A stretch of 64,000 nt of DNA from Octopus vulgaris (Eukaryota), in NCBI GenBank assembly GCA_951406725.2, contig OX597828.1, forward strand, positions 63,736,001 through 63,800,000, in the 5' to 3' direction. The notes below the pieces were generated by a model, which saw only the letters and a list, made by a program, of their open reading frames with translations, did no database searches and was not told where the DNA came from. This document shows, in pieces, positions 1 through 16,229 of this stretch. How positions within the stretch are numbered: position 1 is the stretch's first letter; each line of letters opens with the position of its first letter. A program made the translations under genes and the position numbers.

Positions 1-859
1 TCCGCCATTTTGTTATTTCTGTTGTTGTCATTGTTGTTATCTTCTTCCTCCTCCTCCTCCTCCTCCATCTCTCCCACTTTTTCCAACTCTTTCCTTTTCT
101 GTTCTAATCGTTTCATTCCCTCCCACCACCACTACCAGCGCCACCACCAGCACCCTCATCATTACGTCTTCAATATGAACCATATTGATTTCTACAAGTT
201 CTTCGTTTAAAACAATCAGCTTAAAAGGAAGAACAAATCCAGGTCAAGCCAGTTTAATCTCTGTGCTTTGTTTATTTTCCGCCGCTCCTTTCGCTTCTTT
301 TCGCTTCTTTTCGCTTGTTTTGCTTGTTACACTAAATCCAGGCTTTTCATTGGTTGTTTACTGTGGCTGGGCTCCACAATTTGTTCGGTCATTGGTTTGT
401 TACAATCAGTTTCGTTTATTTTTTTCCGCTTCTTTTATGTTGTTGGGGATTTGTTGTTGTTGTTGATAATAATGGTGATGGTGGTGGTGGTGGTGGTGGT
501 GAAGTTTGTTTTTGTTGATCGTGTGTTGGTCGGGTGGGGTGTAGGGTTGGGCGGTGTGTTTATTTTTAATGATTTATTTTGATTTTTGAAGCGAATTCCC
601 TTAGTTTTTTGATGATCAATTAAACTGATGGGATTTGCTATGGATCTTAACAAAACATCGGGGCTGTTGCTATTGTTGTCGCTGTTATTGCTACTATTGT
701 TGCTATTTTAGTAGTAGTAGTAGTGGTAGTAGTAGTAGTAGTAGTAATAGTAGTAGTAGTTGCTGTTAATGATGATAATGGAGGTGAGGAAAATGACAAT
801 GCTTTCAGTATTGAAATCTCCCATGCCGCTACATCCACCGCCGCCCCTCCTCCTCCTCT

Positions 860-924
<65 letters not shown>

Positions 925-1404
925 TTATTATCGGTTTAATACCACCTCCAAGCAGGCCCATGGGTGCGTTAACGAGACCCTCCTCTCGTTTGAGAACAAA
1001 CTTCTCCCCCCTCCCACCACTACCCGAGACACCGAACAAGGCGCGTTGTGTTTCCTTTTCTGACTAAGCTACGTAAACGTGAGAAAAATTTAAGCATTTA
1101 TATTTTATAAATTTACCAATTCATAGAAAAAACAACAACGTGTTTATTAAACCAAAAATAATACAAAGAGTGGCTCTAAAGTGAAAACCTGAGTTCACAA
1201 ACCCGGATTTCTCAACAAGTCATGCGACTGCGCAATTCAAATGACAGCCAATGAATTAACCTGGTTTTGAAACTCGTTGGTCATCATTAGTAATAGTCAC
1301 AGAATCCGTCATGTGACTACTAGAGTTTCATGAATTGACCAATATTTAAGGTTATAAACAATGAAAAAGACAAAACAAAAACACAGCATTGTTTGTTTCA
1401 ATTT

Positions 1405-1609
1405 TCAACTCTTTCCGTTATTTCTGATGAAATACACTGTCTTTGTTTCAATTAATTTTGAAAATAATGAAGGAATTATCCTCTGGAATCTGAAAGATAA
1501 ATTAGAATGGAATTTTAATGGAAAGTTTTAATATAAATCACTTGAGAAGAGGAAATTCGTATTGCAGAGCTGAGGGCGATCCCAGGCGAATTGATATCGA
1601 AAGAGTTAA
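1405..1609. mobile_element. piggyBac-like MITE
   Basis: Termini tcaactctttc ... gaaagagttaa (TTAA-like ends, short TIR). Confidence 0.5.
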
Positions 1610-1789
1610 ACGGAATTTTCCAAATATTTTAAACAAAAAGGTTTTTATTTAGTTTAAAAAGGAACTTTTAATATATTAAAGTAAAATTTGTATGTGTGTT
1701 GTAGTAAGTAAACAACAATATATCTGAAACAGGAAAACTCGAACCCGTTTCGTGATTGTGTGAGATGAAGTTTGCTTCCCATCCTCACG

Positions 1790-1916
1790 GGGGCCGGTTC
1801 AGTCCCACTGCGAGACACTGTCGGTAGAATGTCTTCTGTTATAGAATAAGGCCGACCAAAACTTTGTGAGTGGATTTGGCAGCCAGAAATTGAAAGAAGC
1901 CCATCGTGTGTGTTTA

Positions 1917-1965
<49 letters not shown>

Positions 1966-2032
1966 GCGCACGCGTGTGTATGTGTGTGTGTTGATTTGCC
2001 ATCCCGACTTGGCAACCGGTTGTTGGTGTTTC
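1790..2032 (+). mobile_element. Diverged SINE fragment, same family as 30978
   Basis: ggttcagtcccactgcg...ccgaccaaaactttgtgagtggatttggcag...gaaagaagccc followed by (TG)n. Confidence 0.7.
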
Positions 2033-2149
2033 ATTGATTTACTTGTTTCATACGTAAATTAATAAATCGATTCAAACATATTGAAAAGGATTCAGTTTTA
2101 GTTTTAGTTTTGAGTTTTGTATTCAAATTTTGAATTACACGCACACACG

Positions 2150-2208
<59 letters not shown>

Positions 2209-2349
2209 GCACAAACACATTCATGTATTTATGTTCTTCTCGATCCTTAACTAATGCTACGCTCTGTATTCGCTTGAAGCTTTACTCTAAATCTTTCTTG
2301 AGTTCAAAAGACTTTACCTCTCGCATGTTTGCATATGTGTGTGTGTATG

Positions 2350-3422
<1,073 letters not shown>

Positions 3423-3944
3423 CACACATAATTATATGCTCACACTCACATATTTATGTGTATATGTATGTATCTATCAATGTATGTATATCCAGTTGAA
3501 TCTAACAAATTCCTTTTAATTGTTTGCGCTATGACTACAAGTGCGTGTGGCCATGCACAGACAAATATGACTCTATCAAAATGCAACGCTATCACTTGCA
3601 ATGCATAGTTTCAAAAAAAAAAAAAGAAACGTTTTTAGCCTAAAAATATTCTCGTAGAACAATTCGAAAAAGAAAAGAAATTAAGAAAAAATATGAAACT
3701 AAAAATAATTTAAAAAAAAGACTGCTGTAAACAAATGAAGTCAGAAGAAGAAGAAGAACAATATGAAAAAAGTCGAAAATATTTGTGAGAAAATGCGTTT
3801 ATGTTAGTAAGGTTTGTCGGTACAAGAAGTAATTGGTAGCGTTAGGTTTCGTTGAGGGGGAGGGAGAGAGGGAAAGGGAGAAAAAGAGAGGGAGAGACGG
3901 AGAAGGAAAGACATTGAAAATTTGCATGCAATTGGATTGACTTC

Positions 3945-3984
<40 letters not shown>

Positions 3985-4114
3985 TTGACTTTTACGATAT
4001 TCATTTCGGCGAATTACAGTATATTATAGGTGTCAACACAACCGCATAAATACTCATCCATACACACACACACTCGCACACGTAAATGTACATCCACATC
4101 CATACACACATGTA

Positions 4115-4155
<41 letters not shown>

Positions 4156-4170
4156 TTTTAGGATATACAT

Positions 4171-4220
<50 letters not shown>

Positions 4221-4383
4221 TTACGTATATCCTAAACAAGATATCCAGTAACTCTGTACACGTGTAGAGTACGTAGAAACAGGCGTGTAACAGTTTATAA
4301 TAAATACATAGTCAAATGAGTTGGGATGTGTGTGCAGCACTCATAACTACCTACCTACCTAACTACCTAAATAAATAAATAAC

Positions 4384-4447
<64 letters not shown>

Positions 4448-4731
4448 ATGTAGACGCGTCTCATAGTGGTTGGGGTGTTGTATTGATGATTGTGAGATTG
4501 TGATTTCGTATCTGGGACCGGGCAACACAATGTGGTCTCTAGCGAAACATTTCGTTTCATGTTGCCGCAGTGTACCAGATGGCAAAAAATGAGTTATCCG
4601 TCCCGTCCAGGGGAGTATATTTCCACCTCTGAATCCGGAATACCAACCTTGTGAGCCTTTATGACTGCGCGTGTATCGTTGGCGATTTTATTTCCTCCGT
4701 CTTTCCTTCCTTAGATCTTTCCTTTTTCTAT

Positions 4732-4766
4732 GTTTCTGACGAAGAGCTCCGCTCGAAACCTTAAAT
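4732..4766 (+). ncRNA. Minimal hammerhead-ribozyme-like motif (repeat about 4665-4865)
   Basis: guuu-CUGACGA-A-GAGC-ucc-GCUC-GAAA-CC-UU-aaau: canonical CUGANGA core, stem III mutated. Confidence 0.55.
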
Positions 4767-4863
4767 CCTCCTTCTTTCCTTTCCTTTCCTGAGCGTCCAA
4801 TAACACTATACTTGTTCCACGTCCTCGCGTTGTTGTGTTTTCGCTTTGTGTTTTCATGTTTGG

Positions 4864-4945
<82 letters not shown>

Positions 4946-5014
4946 CATAGATATGTATATGTGTATATATATATATATGTCTTTTCTCTCCTTTCTGTGT
5001 TTTTTCTCTGTGTA

Positions 5015-5052
5015 TCTTTCTGTTGAAGAGCGTAGGCTCGAAACGTTAAAGA
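5015..5052 (+). ncRNA. Minimal hammerhead-ribozyme-like motif (repeat about 4980-5150, same family as 2672-2930)
   Basis: ucuuu-CUGUUGA-A-GAGC-guag-GCUC-GAAA-CG-UU-aaaga. Confidence 0.6.
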
Positions 5053-5149
5053 CTTGTTTTATTTATATTTCCTGAGCGCCATACTAATACAATTGTTTGT
5101 TTGTATTCCACCTGCCTTCGTCTTTTGTCTATTTTCATAAAGATTCCCG

Positions 5150-5247
<98 letters not shown>

Positions 5248-5266
5248 CATACATATATATATATAT

Positions 5267-5323
<57 letters not shown>

Positions 5324-5557
5324 TATGCACACAGACTTATGTATACACATACGCACATCGTATTTACCCAAGTTATGTGATATCCAACATTCTACTCGCA
5401 ATCCGTATTTAGCTTCTACTTCCGTTCATCTTCACATTAAATGATATACGATTATAATACACTAAAAAGAAATAAAACGAAAAGTTTACTCAAATCGCCA
5501 TTTTATTTTTCGACACCCGAACGGTATACAAAAGTTAACAATATGTATGTGCGTGTG

Positions 5558-5627
<70 letters not shown>

Positions 5628-6390
5628 TGTGTGTGCGTGTGTATTATATATATATATACACACACACTACTTAAAATGAATGACACGTGGAGAATAAATC
5701 AATGTGCGTACTTAAAATAAACATAATTATTCTCAGACTTCATATATGTATATATGTTTGTATATGTGTATATATGTTTATATACGTATGTGTGTGTATG
5801 TGCATATATATATATATATATATGCACGCACACATACACACTTACACACGCATTCGTTGTTTTTACTGCATAATAGCATATCACAACTTTTGGTAAAGTT
5901 GAGCATGTGCTTTTACAGACTGCAAATTGGAGGCAACTAGGACACCACTCACCAACAACTTTCCTGTCCATATTTGTTGTCGGATGATAGCTTGTTGTAC
6001 TTTTATAATCGTAATGATGATATTAGTTTTCTTTCTAATTTTAGCACAAGGCTAGCAATTCTGGAGTATTTAGGGCATAAGGCGATTACATGGACTCCAG
6101 TACATTACTGGTACTAATTTTTCAACCTCGAAAGGATAAAGGCAATGTAAATTGCGGAATTTGCACTCTGGACCTAAGACGGACGAAATATAGCTAAGTA
6201 TTTTGCCCGGCTTGGTAACAATTGTGCCGCAAGATTGTCGGAAGGTGTCGAAATCGTAGTGATGTTTGGCCGACATCACTACTGATAAGGGATTAAGAAC
6301 ATCTGGATCCGTTGTGAGTTTTCCTTTTCGGATTTCTCCACGTAAATTCCTTTTGTCTGGATTACTTATCCCTTATCAGTTCCTATTCGC

Positions 6391-6435
<45 letters not shown>

Positions 6436-6438
<3 letters not shown>

Positions 6439-6800
6439 CGGGCTTCTTTCAGATCACAAGGCTTTGATCGGCCCGGGGCTATTGCAGAAGACACTTACCC
6501 AAAGTTCTACGCAATGGGACTGAACCCGGAACCATGTGGTTGGTAAGCAAGCTACTTACCACACAGCCGCTTCTGCACCTAGTTATGTATATATCTATAT
6601 ATGTGTATCTTTGTGTCTGTTCTTCACCACTGCCTTGCAACCGGTGTTGGTTTGTTTCCATCTATGTAACTTAACAGTTCAGCTGAAAGAAAACGATGAT
6701 ATAAATACCAGACAAAATAAGAACCGGGGTTGGTTCCTTCGATAGAACTTTCCAAGGCGTACTCCAGCATGGGCGCAGTCCACTGATGGAAAAGAGAAAA
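6436..6800. mobile_element. Two SINE fragments of the 30978 family (5' half on minus 6436-6580; 3' half on plus 6600-6800)
   Basis: gggactgaacccggaaccatgtggttggtaagcaagc (minus head) followed by gtaacttaacagttcagc...ccagcatgggcgcagtc (plus tail). Confidence 0.7.
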
Positions 6801-7003
6801 AGATAAACGACACACACACAAACAGACACACACACACACACACACACACACGTATATACATACATATCTTTTATCACGTGGTTGCAATCTTCACTGTTCC
6901 TATTCTTCGAAGACATTTTTATTTCCTGTAAAAATAAACAACTCTCATTCATATTTTAAATGCATAAATTCTAAACATTCCTAAAATCTAGTTATTTTAT
7001 CAA

Positions 7004-7152
<149 letters not shown>

Positions 7153-8382
7153 TAGTAATGATAATAATTAGTTATAAAACTGAGAGGGGTTTACCCAATT
7201 CGCATTTTAAAATAATTTTTGGCGGGGTGGCATTAAAATGTAAGATAATGATAGGAAAACAATGTTGACAGCAAGAAGCTAAACAAAACGTGGGTGGTTG
7301 CCCTCTGGGTATACGTGACCCAGAGCTGTTTAATAGCTTTTGGTTATCATGTAATTCTCTTTAATTTTGTCAGGCTATTATATTCCATATCAACGTTTCC
7401 AGCAATTTAGTAATGAAAGAAAATAAAGGAAAAAAAACAGAGAAAAAGGATTAAAAGATAAGGGGCGACAAATTGCCACGTTCTGTTGACTCTAGTTTTG
7501 ATGTAAAAAGAATAACCGACACCGCACACAGTAAAAATTTATGTATGCATCTGTCTGTTCCTTGTCTGTGTGCGTGTGAGTATATGCACATATGTGTATG
7601 TGTGTATGTGTGTGTGTGAATGTGTGTATTGTAGGATATGAACATATGTTTGGATTTATGCATGTAATTAGCGTGTGTTTCGGTGCTGTGGGATCTTACA
7701 CATACATCGATTGCATATATACATACATATATACATATATGCACATGTGCATGCATGAGTATATTAATGTATATGTACCTCGTAGGTTAGCTGTTGCAAA
7801 CGTTTAATGTATGCTTATGCATACATATTTTTTATACACCACAACACTCATATGCTAGTGCATGTGCATGTATATATGGATGTATATATAGAGACAGTTA
7901 TATCCAGTTGACTACTACTGATGTCTTATTTCCTCCCTGGAGAAAAAGGTTACATACATAATTATGACCATACCTAGCCATGAGCTGTCAACTCGCTCTG
8001 GTCCTTTATTCAAAATAGACACAATCGTCTAGTCTTAGATTGAGTAGTTGATAAAGAGATAAATAAATTACAATCCTTAAAACCCTATGACCCCACTATA
8101 CTACATGCGATTATTTGAAGTTGTAGTCTGTTCATAGCTATAATACCGATAACAAGAATTACTCCCATCTTCTTGCTCTGTTAAAATACTTCAGAAAAAT
8201 TATATGATGTGCTCTACTTGTTAAAATTCCATTTATTTATTTGTGCAACTGAAGATGGCATTTCATTTAAATTGAAGTAATGATTGCATTGTTCAATTAA
8301 ATAGATCCGCTGGAAACTGTCGCACTGCATTACTACTTGATATCCTGTTTCTTATTTTGATTATATGTATATATATATGAAG

Positions 8383-8645
8383 GGTAAAGACCCTTTATAT
8401 TGCACCTAGAAAGTTACCCTCTGTAGCACAGATCAGGGCTAGTCGCCCATGCACACCAGCCTCCCTTTTCCACGCCACTGATGTTCTCCAAGGGAAAGAC
8501 AAAAGCCGATACAGCTTCATTTCTACAGCTGAGTGAATTGAAGCAACGTGAAGTAAAGTGTCTTGCTCAAGAACACAACACGCAACTCAGTCCGGGATTC
8601 TAACTCACTACTTCCTCATTCTGAGCCCGATGCTCTAACTACTGT
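8383..8645 (-). mobile_element. SINE, same family as 57002
   Basis: ggtaaagaccc...tgcacctagaaagtt...aagtgtcttgctcaagaacacaac...tgctctaactactg (reverse tRNA-like head). Confidence 0.7.
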
Positions 8646-8971
8646 ACAAAAAAAGGATGAAGAGTCCTTACCGAGACATAGGTTCAAAATCAGGGTTCCC
8701 GGATCCTGAGGTGTATATACTCCTTCGTGGACGGGACACCGGCCCATCGTGGCACTGCTCAATTTACCAAGTTAGTGGACTGGAGCAATATGAAATGAAG
8801 TGTTTTGCTGAAGACCACAACGCACCACCTGGTCCAGGAATCGAAACCACGATTTTATAATCACACGTGTAGCACTTTAACCATTAGGCTATGCACCTCC
8901 GAACATGCACATATGTACATGTGTGTGCGTGTGTTTGTGTGTTTGCCTATATATGTATGTGCGTGGTTATA

Positions 8972-9018
<47 letters not shown>

Positions 9019-9024
9019 CACTTT

Positions 9025-9897
9025 ACTTTGATAGGTTTCGCCAGTATTGGCCCAGTCCATGTCTAACTTAATAGCACCACCCGGCAAAGTCATTCAGATC
9101 AGGAATCGGACAACATAGCCCACTCAAGGAGAGAGTTATTGTTTATGGAGGCATATCCATGTGTAGGAGATTTATCCGGGATTTTTTAAAGGAATTTGTC
9201 CAAAGACTTCTTGGGCTTTATGGGGTCTGTTTCTGTGTAATGTGTTTTGGTATAATGTTAAAGAGAGCGGGGCCAATTGAGGTGATATAATTGTGCCGTA
9301 TTGTGATGCGAGTATGATTTATGTTGTGGGCGGATAGCATGGGGCCAAAGTCTTGGCTGTATCTTAAAGGTGATGCCAACATCATTTGGGCAATGCTGAT
9401 GGAATGTTTTCCACATCATGCAGATTATGAAGCGCTCACGGCAGCGTTGGAAAGAATAAAGCTTGAGATTTTCTAGTCGACCCCAATAGTCAAGGCCTGT
9501 CATGTAATCTATCTTTTTGCAATTGACCTTTGAGGGGCTTCAATATTCATGATACTTTGTTTCGTGTGGGGAGACCTCAGTGGACAACAGTATTCAAGGT
9601 GGGGTCAGACAAAAGAGAAATATAATGGTGTGGATATCTCTCGACTGCAAAGTTCTGAGAATCCAGGAACACATTCTGCGGGCCATGTCAACTTTGCTGC
9701 TTATGGGAGCAACCCGGCTTATGTTGTTGTCCACAATTACTCCCGAGTCTCTGATAATGTTGGATGCCATGAGAGTTTCACCTGAAGGAAGGGGGTTTGG
9801 GAGTGTCAGGGTATCTTTTCCGAAGTGGGTCAACTCGATTTTGTCCTCGTTCAGCAGCATATTTTTCTTTTACGCCCGTTGGATGGCAGCCAGCAGA
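9025..9897 (-). mobile_element. Decayed CR1/L2-like LINE, C-terminal RT region and 3' end
   Basis: Frameshifted minus-strand peptides LNEDKIELTHFGK, IRDSGVIVDNNIS, LEYCCPL, YWGRLENLKLYSFQRCRER and KKSLDKF are typical of CR1-clade ORF2 C-termini. Confidence 0.85.
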
Positions 9898-9925
9898 CTA
9901 ATACACACACACACGCACACACGCG

Positions 9926-9980
<55 letters not shown>

Positions 9981-10703
9981 ATATAATATATATATGTTTA
10001 TATATATAATGTAATAAAATGTATGTATACATATATATATATGTATATGTGTATATTATATATATACATATATATATATGTATATGTATATATATATATT
10101 ATATATCCATATATATATAATATAATATATATACATATATGCATATATATATATATACATATAATATAATATGATATATATATGTACATATCTATACATA
10201 CACACACACACACATATCTATATATACATATATGCAGGTGTGCATGCATATATGTATAGATGCATGCATCAGTGCATGTGCATGTAAATATGCCTAAAAG
10301 CCACGTGTATGCGCACATGCCTATGTCTTAACCCGTCTGCTTTGTGTCTGTCTGGCTCTGCTTAATCCAGTTGGAGTCTGAGAAGCAGGCGGAACCCTAT
10401 GTAAACATTTTAGAGCAGTTACGTGGCTGAGTGTATATGTTGCATGCATATTCGTGTGTGTGCGGGTGTAAGACTTTGTGTATGATTGATCCACCGTAGT
10501 TACACACACACACATATATGGATACATACGCATTCATGCATATATATATACACACACACACAGAGACAATAATGTATACTCAACCATTCATATATATATA
10601 TATGGTGAAAATTAAAAAAAAACAGAAGGCGAAGACTGGTTACACAGATATATATATTTATATGTGTTTGTGTGTGTGTACCCATATATGTATGTATATA
10701 TAC

Positions 10704-10734
<31 letters not shown>

Positions 10735-10834
10735 TGTACATATATGTATGTATTTATGCATATATTTATATACATACATACATACATACATATATATAGT
10801 GAGATTTTACAAAAAAACAAAAGACGAAGACGGG

Positions 10835-10872
<38 letters not shown>

Positions 10873-11546
10873 GCACACACACGCAAACAGACACCCACAC
10901 GTCTGTAGGTCTTATTTGTGTGCGTATCTGTGAATGGACTTGCATAAATAGTAATTTCAGCTTAAAAGCAAACAAAAAACTTTAAAAAAATAAATAGGCA
11001 AACAAACTAAAAAAATGAAGAGAAACAAACGACAGAAACAATAAATGCCTTCAGGCAAATTTGTCTTGGAATCTGATAAGGAAAAAACGTAACGAGAAGT
11101 CTCTGTTGGTGGTAGATAGTGATAGGGAGGTGGGAGGTTATAAGGGTGGAGGGTGGAGGCTAGACGTGGATATATCGAGGTGGTGGGTGGGCGGGTGGGT
11201 GGAAGGTTGGTCGGTCTGATGGTTGGGCGGTTGGTTGTCCAGGTAGACGTTGAATAAACTGGGCTAAATAGATCTGTTTAAAGGGAAAAAAAATGTAATT
11301 TAGGTGCAGTGAACAGATAAATTTGATATAGGTGTGTGTGTGTGTTTGTGTGTCTACATCTGTATATAACTTCATGTATGTATATATACACACACATATA
11401 TACGTGTATTATTATAAGTAAAGGTATTGGCTTGTACATGCACACTCAATTTTTGCATCTGTCTGACTGTCTGTCTCTCTTCCTGTGATGTACATACATA
11501 CATACATACATATATATGTATATGTGCTTGTATATATATGTGTGTA

Positions 11547-11579
<33 letters not shown>

Positions 11580-11581
<2 letters not shown>

Positions 11582-11972
11582 TCTTTATTTCTTTTATTTG
11601 ACTGCGGTCATGTGGCAGCACTGCCTTTAGTCGAACAAATTGACCCCATGACTTATTCTTTGTAAGCCTAGTACTTATTCTATCGGTCTCTTTTGCCGAG
11701 CCCTTAAGTTACGGGGGCATAAACACATCAACATCGGTTGTCAAGCGATGGTGGGGGTACAACCACATATACACAAACATACACACACACACACACACGC
11801 ATACATATATATACACAACACGCTTCTTTCAGTTTCCGTCTACCAAATCCATTCCCAATGCTTTGGTCGGTTGAGGCTATAGTAAAAGACACTTGCCCAA
11901 AGTGCCACGCAGTGGGACTGAACCCGGAACCATGTGGTTGGTAAGCAAGCTCCTTGCCACAGAGCTACGCCT
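11580..11972 (-). mobile_element. SINE, same family as 30978 (near full length)
   Basis: Reverse-complement match along its length to 30978-31320. Confidence 0.85.
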
Positions 11973-13164
11973 ATGTATATATATACATATATATATATAG
12001 GAAATGTGTCAAGGCCGACAGGAATCGAAGCTTCCTAGGGCTGAATAGCGGTGGTGTAATTCCCTTACGGGACTGTCACGTTAAGTTGACAGTATAACAT
12101 CCAAAAAGAAGAACAAACATAAAAAAACAGCAACGTGAGGACGTGGTACATGCAAAGTATGAGCAGACGCTCGGGGAAGGAAAGAAAGGTGGTTTAACGT
12201 TTCGAGCAGACGCTATACACATGCGTACATATATGTGTGTGTGTGACATGTATACACGCATATGTAATGAAAGGGAGTGGGAGGAAAGCGTGGGAAATAA
12301 TGAAGCGTAGGAAAGAGTTATAAAGGGAGAAAACCAGTGAGAAAGAGAGAGAGAGAGGATGGAGCGGGGGTGGTTGAAGAATGTTAGTTAAAGAGGCATT
12401 TTCGTATATCTCGTTAATGTATTTGTAATGGTAGGTTCTTTAACTGTTTTCTTCATGACTTGGTGGCAGATGTAAAACATGGTTTCGCCTATCGTCTTTC
12501 TTTTTTTTTCTAACGGAGAACACAACAAAAGCTCCTTCGAACACCAGAGAGGCAAGAAGCTGACGGCTGTTTGTGTCAGTAAAAGAAAATAACAGGATAA
12601 TTGTGTATTTTGTTTTAAGTAACGTCCGCATGTTTCACACATATCATTCGTGTTCTTCGGGATTCTTTGAAACGGCGAGTCCAAGAGTGAAATTGACATA
12701 CGTCCTTCTCCTGCCATATACGTTTGAATCACTCTTCGATTTAGCCTGATTGAATCATATCTAGCTTCCCGTTGAAGGTCAATGAGATGCTTCATTCACG
12801 GCACAACGACATATGCAAATCAGCCGTGGTCAGGCCTCGACAGAATAATAGCTTATGCGCATCAATGTCGATATGGCTAGTGCCATACAGGTCCAGCGTG
12901 TTAGGACTCCTCACAAAACACGAACCACATCCACGTGATGCTTAGACCCGTCTGCATGGGATCCCAGCGGAGATAAAATAGCCCATGAAGCTGGCACGGC
13001 ATCCATTTATTGGATTTTAATGTAAATTTGGAGTTGTGGCACAAAGTAAATGGAGCAACAGTAATCGGCCATCTTGCTAAAAAACGGAAATGCAAAAGTG
13101 TTCATATGTGTGCGCGTGTATATATATACATAAACATATACATACATACATACATATATATATA

Positions 13165-13378
13165 TTCTTTTATTCTTTTATTCTTTTACTTGTTTCAGTC
13201 ATTTGACTGCGGCCATGCTGAAGCAGCAGCATTAGTTGAGCAAATCGACCCCAGGACTTATTCTTTGTAAGCCTAGTACTTATTCTATCGGTATTTTTTG
13301 CCGAACCGCTAAGTTACGGGGACGTAAACACACCACCATCGGTTGTCAAGCGATGTTGGGGGACAAAGACAGACACAA

Positions 13379-13382
<4 letters not shown>
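13165..13382 (-). mobile_element. SINE 3' half, same family as 30978
   Basis: ttcttttacttgtttcagtcatttgactgcggccatgct...aagttacggggacgtaaacac. Confidence 0.8.
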
Positions 13383-13430
<48 letters not shown>

Positions 13431-13487
13431 GTATATCTATATATGTATATGTATATGGATGTATATATTTATATACGTACGTATGAA

Positions 13488-13543
<56 letters not shown>

Positions 13544-14689
13544 CGTGTGTCGCTATTTATCTGTCTGTCTATGTATCGTTATATTTATATTTCCTCAGGC
13601 TGAAGTTGTAAGCTTTTATTGAATTTTCACGAAGACGCTGGTTTTTTATAGAAACACTTGGCGTCGGGCAACGCCATGTTGCTTCAGCAAGTCTTTTGAA
13701 CATATTTCGAGATTTTATAACAGAAATCTGTGAATGCTTGGATGACGGAGAAGAAAGGAGCAGGAAGGACGGTGCGTCTGCTGCTGTGCACCTGTGGCCT
13801 CACTGTGCACCTTTTACCTCTCTACGCTCGGATTTTGAGTGGTGTATTATATACATGAACACACACATTCATACACACACATACATACATACACACGTAC
13901 GTACATACATCCACACACACACAAACACGCGCATATATAGACGTTAATTTTATATATGTGTGTGTATATATACATATATACATACATTTTTCGCACTTAC
14001 ATACATGCACATACACATACACACTCAAACATATATACACGCTAATTTGTATATATATATATTTTACGTATATACATACATTCATACATGCATAAATGCA
14101 TTCATACACGTATACATACATACATGCATGCATACATACGTTAGTATGCTGCAAGTCACGCGGCTGAGGCGATGTTTGTAAATGCGCAGCCGAACCTGAA
14201 AATATATCTAGTTATATCCATATCTAAACCGCCAGGAACTCTTAACATTATTTTGGGAGACAATTAAAATCCAGCTAAACAAAACACGTGACAGGAATTA
14301 TCAACTATACTTGGTTAAACAATGTTGTTGTAGAGACTGCTGAGAAGTAAAGAGAGGTGGGGGAGGAAAGAAGACACGCCGAGAGGACGGACGTACTTAA
14401 CAAAAACGTGTACCACCCTACTTGTGTAATCCACTGACGGAGTCAAGATGTCAGGGGTGTGAAGTCCTTTCAGTACCAGGGGCATAGTATACAAGAACAA
14501 GCATTAGAAGCCATGAGAACGGATCTGGGGCGGGGGGGGGGCAACATAATGAATAAATCTTGTAATATAACAACTTCATAGATATAATAGAACTGGTATT
14601 CATTCATTCTTGAGGAATATATGCTGGCATTGTTTTATTGTATTCGTCTCAACCATATTCTCTTACCGTATCTGTCTCTAGAGAAAATT

Positions 14690-14910
14690 ACGAGTATTTG
14701 GCTGCGAATTTGTGTGCGAGTAAACGTTTGCTCTTGGTGGACGAGGGCTTCTTTGGCTGTGTTCCAAGGGGTTGTAAGAACGGTTTCAAAAAGCTTGACC
14801 AAATCTCCTTTAAATCGTCCCCACCACTTAACAGTCGACTTAAAAATAAAAGAGAAGACCATTGGATCTTTTTCAGTTGGATCGTTCATTGATTAATGTC
14901 TTACATAACC
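14690..14910 (-). mobile_element. Probable highly decayed CR1-like LINE 3' fragment
   Basis: Peptide TEKDPMVF...FKGDLVKLFETV resembles the ETDPIK-KKSLDKF end of the 9025 element. Confidence 0.35.
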
Positions 14911-15417
14911 CTATAAACAGACAGGTTGGTCACGACTGGAAAGTTTTTTGGTCAAATCTAACGGAAGTGGATGTATTCAGTTTGACATAGAAATCCGATA
15001 GATGTATTGTGTGAAGAGCAAACAATAGAAACGCCAGGGAAAACGGCATCGTCGTCGCCGCTCCGCCGCCTCCACATATGTATCGTGTGTGTATGCGTGT
15101 GTATATACTTGCATATATTGTATGCATAGAAAGAAAAAGTTGGTTATTCCTATCACCATCAATCATTCCACTCTAACAATTACTGAAATGAATATTGTCA
15201 TTTTGTTTTTGTTCTTAACTTTGATTTGCATTTTTTCCAACTCCGCACAAAGAAGAGCGACGTGCTTATAATGTGTTGAGCGATATTTAAAACAAAAGCG
15301 TCTTTTTGTATTCACGACGTTAGAATTCGGAGTATTTCATTTGTAACGAAGTCTTTTCTAGACACAAACACACACACACACACACACATGTATACACACA
15401 CATGTATACATACATAT

Positions 15418-15720
<303 letters not shown>

Positions 15721-16229
15721 AATATGTACACACACACACTTATAGGAGATATTTTATAGCCGTTAAAGGCGATTTGGGCGAGAATATTGAAAGGGTAGTA
15801 GATGGTTTGCGGCCCTGGTTGATAGCAGGGTACATATATCTGGGTGAATGGGTTAGTTTGGTCGTTTGGTTTATCTTCACTATTTCTTCTAATCTTTGAA
15901 CTCTTGTTTCTGACAACGCCCAACCACCTGACATGTATGTTCCAAGATTTTCTTTTTGGCTGACGGTTCACAGATCCATTTCAAAAACATAAATATAAGC
16001 GGAGTACAAAATTATCTAAAAGTAACGGGGCTTGTTAAAAAAATAAATAAATAACCTCTAAATGAGAATTTTGTAAGTGATTTACAAAAGTAGTTAGCCC
16101 TAAAAAAAAATAAGCAATGAAAATAAATAAAAAATACTTTTTTGTTATATTACCAAGTATCATCATCATCATCATCATCATCGCCGTCGTCGTCATCATC
16201 ACCATCATCATCATCATCATCATCATCAT

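Noticed and set aside
15740-15980. Possible CR1-like LINE 3' remnant on minus
   Set aside because: The similarity to the 9025 element is too weak to support by eye.
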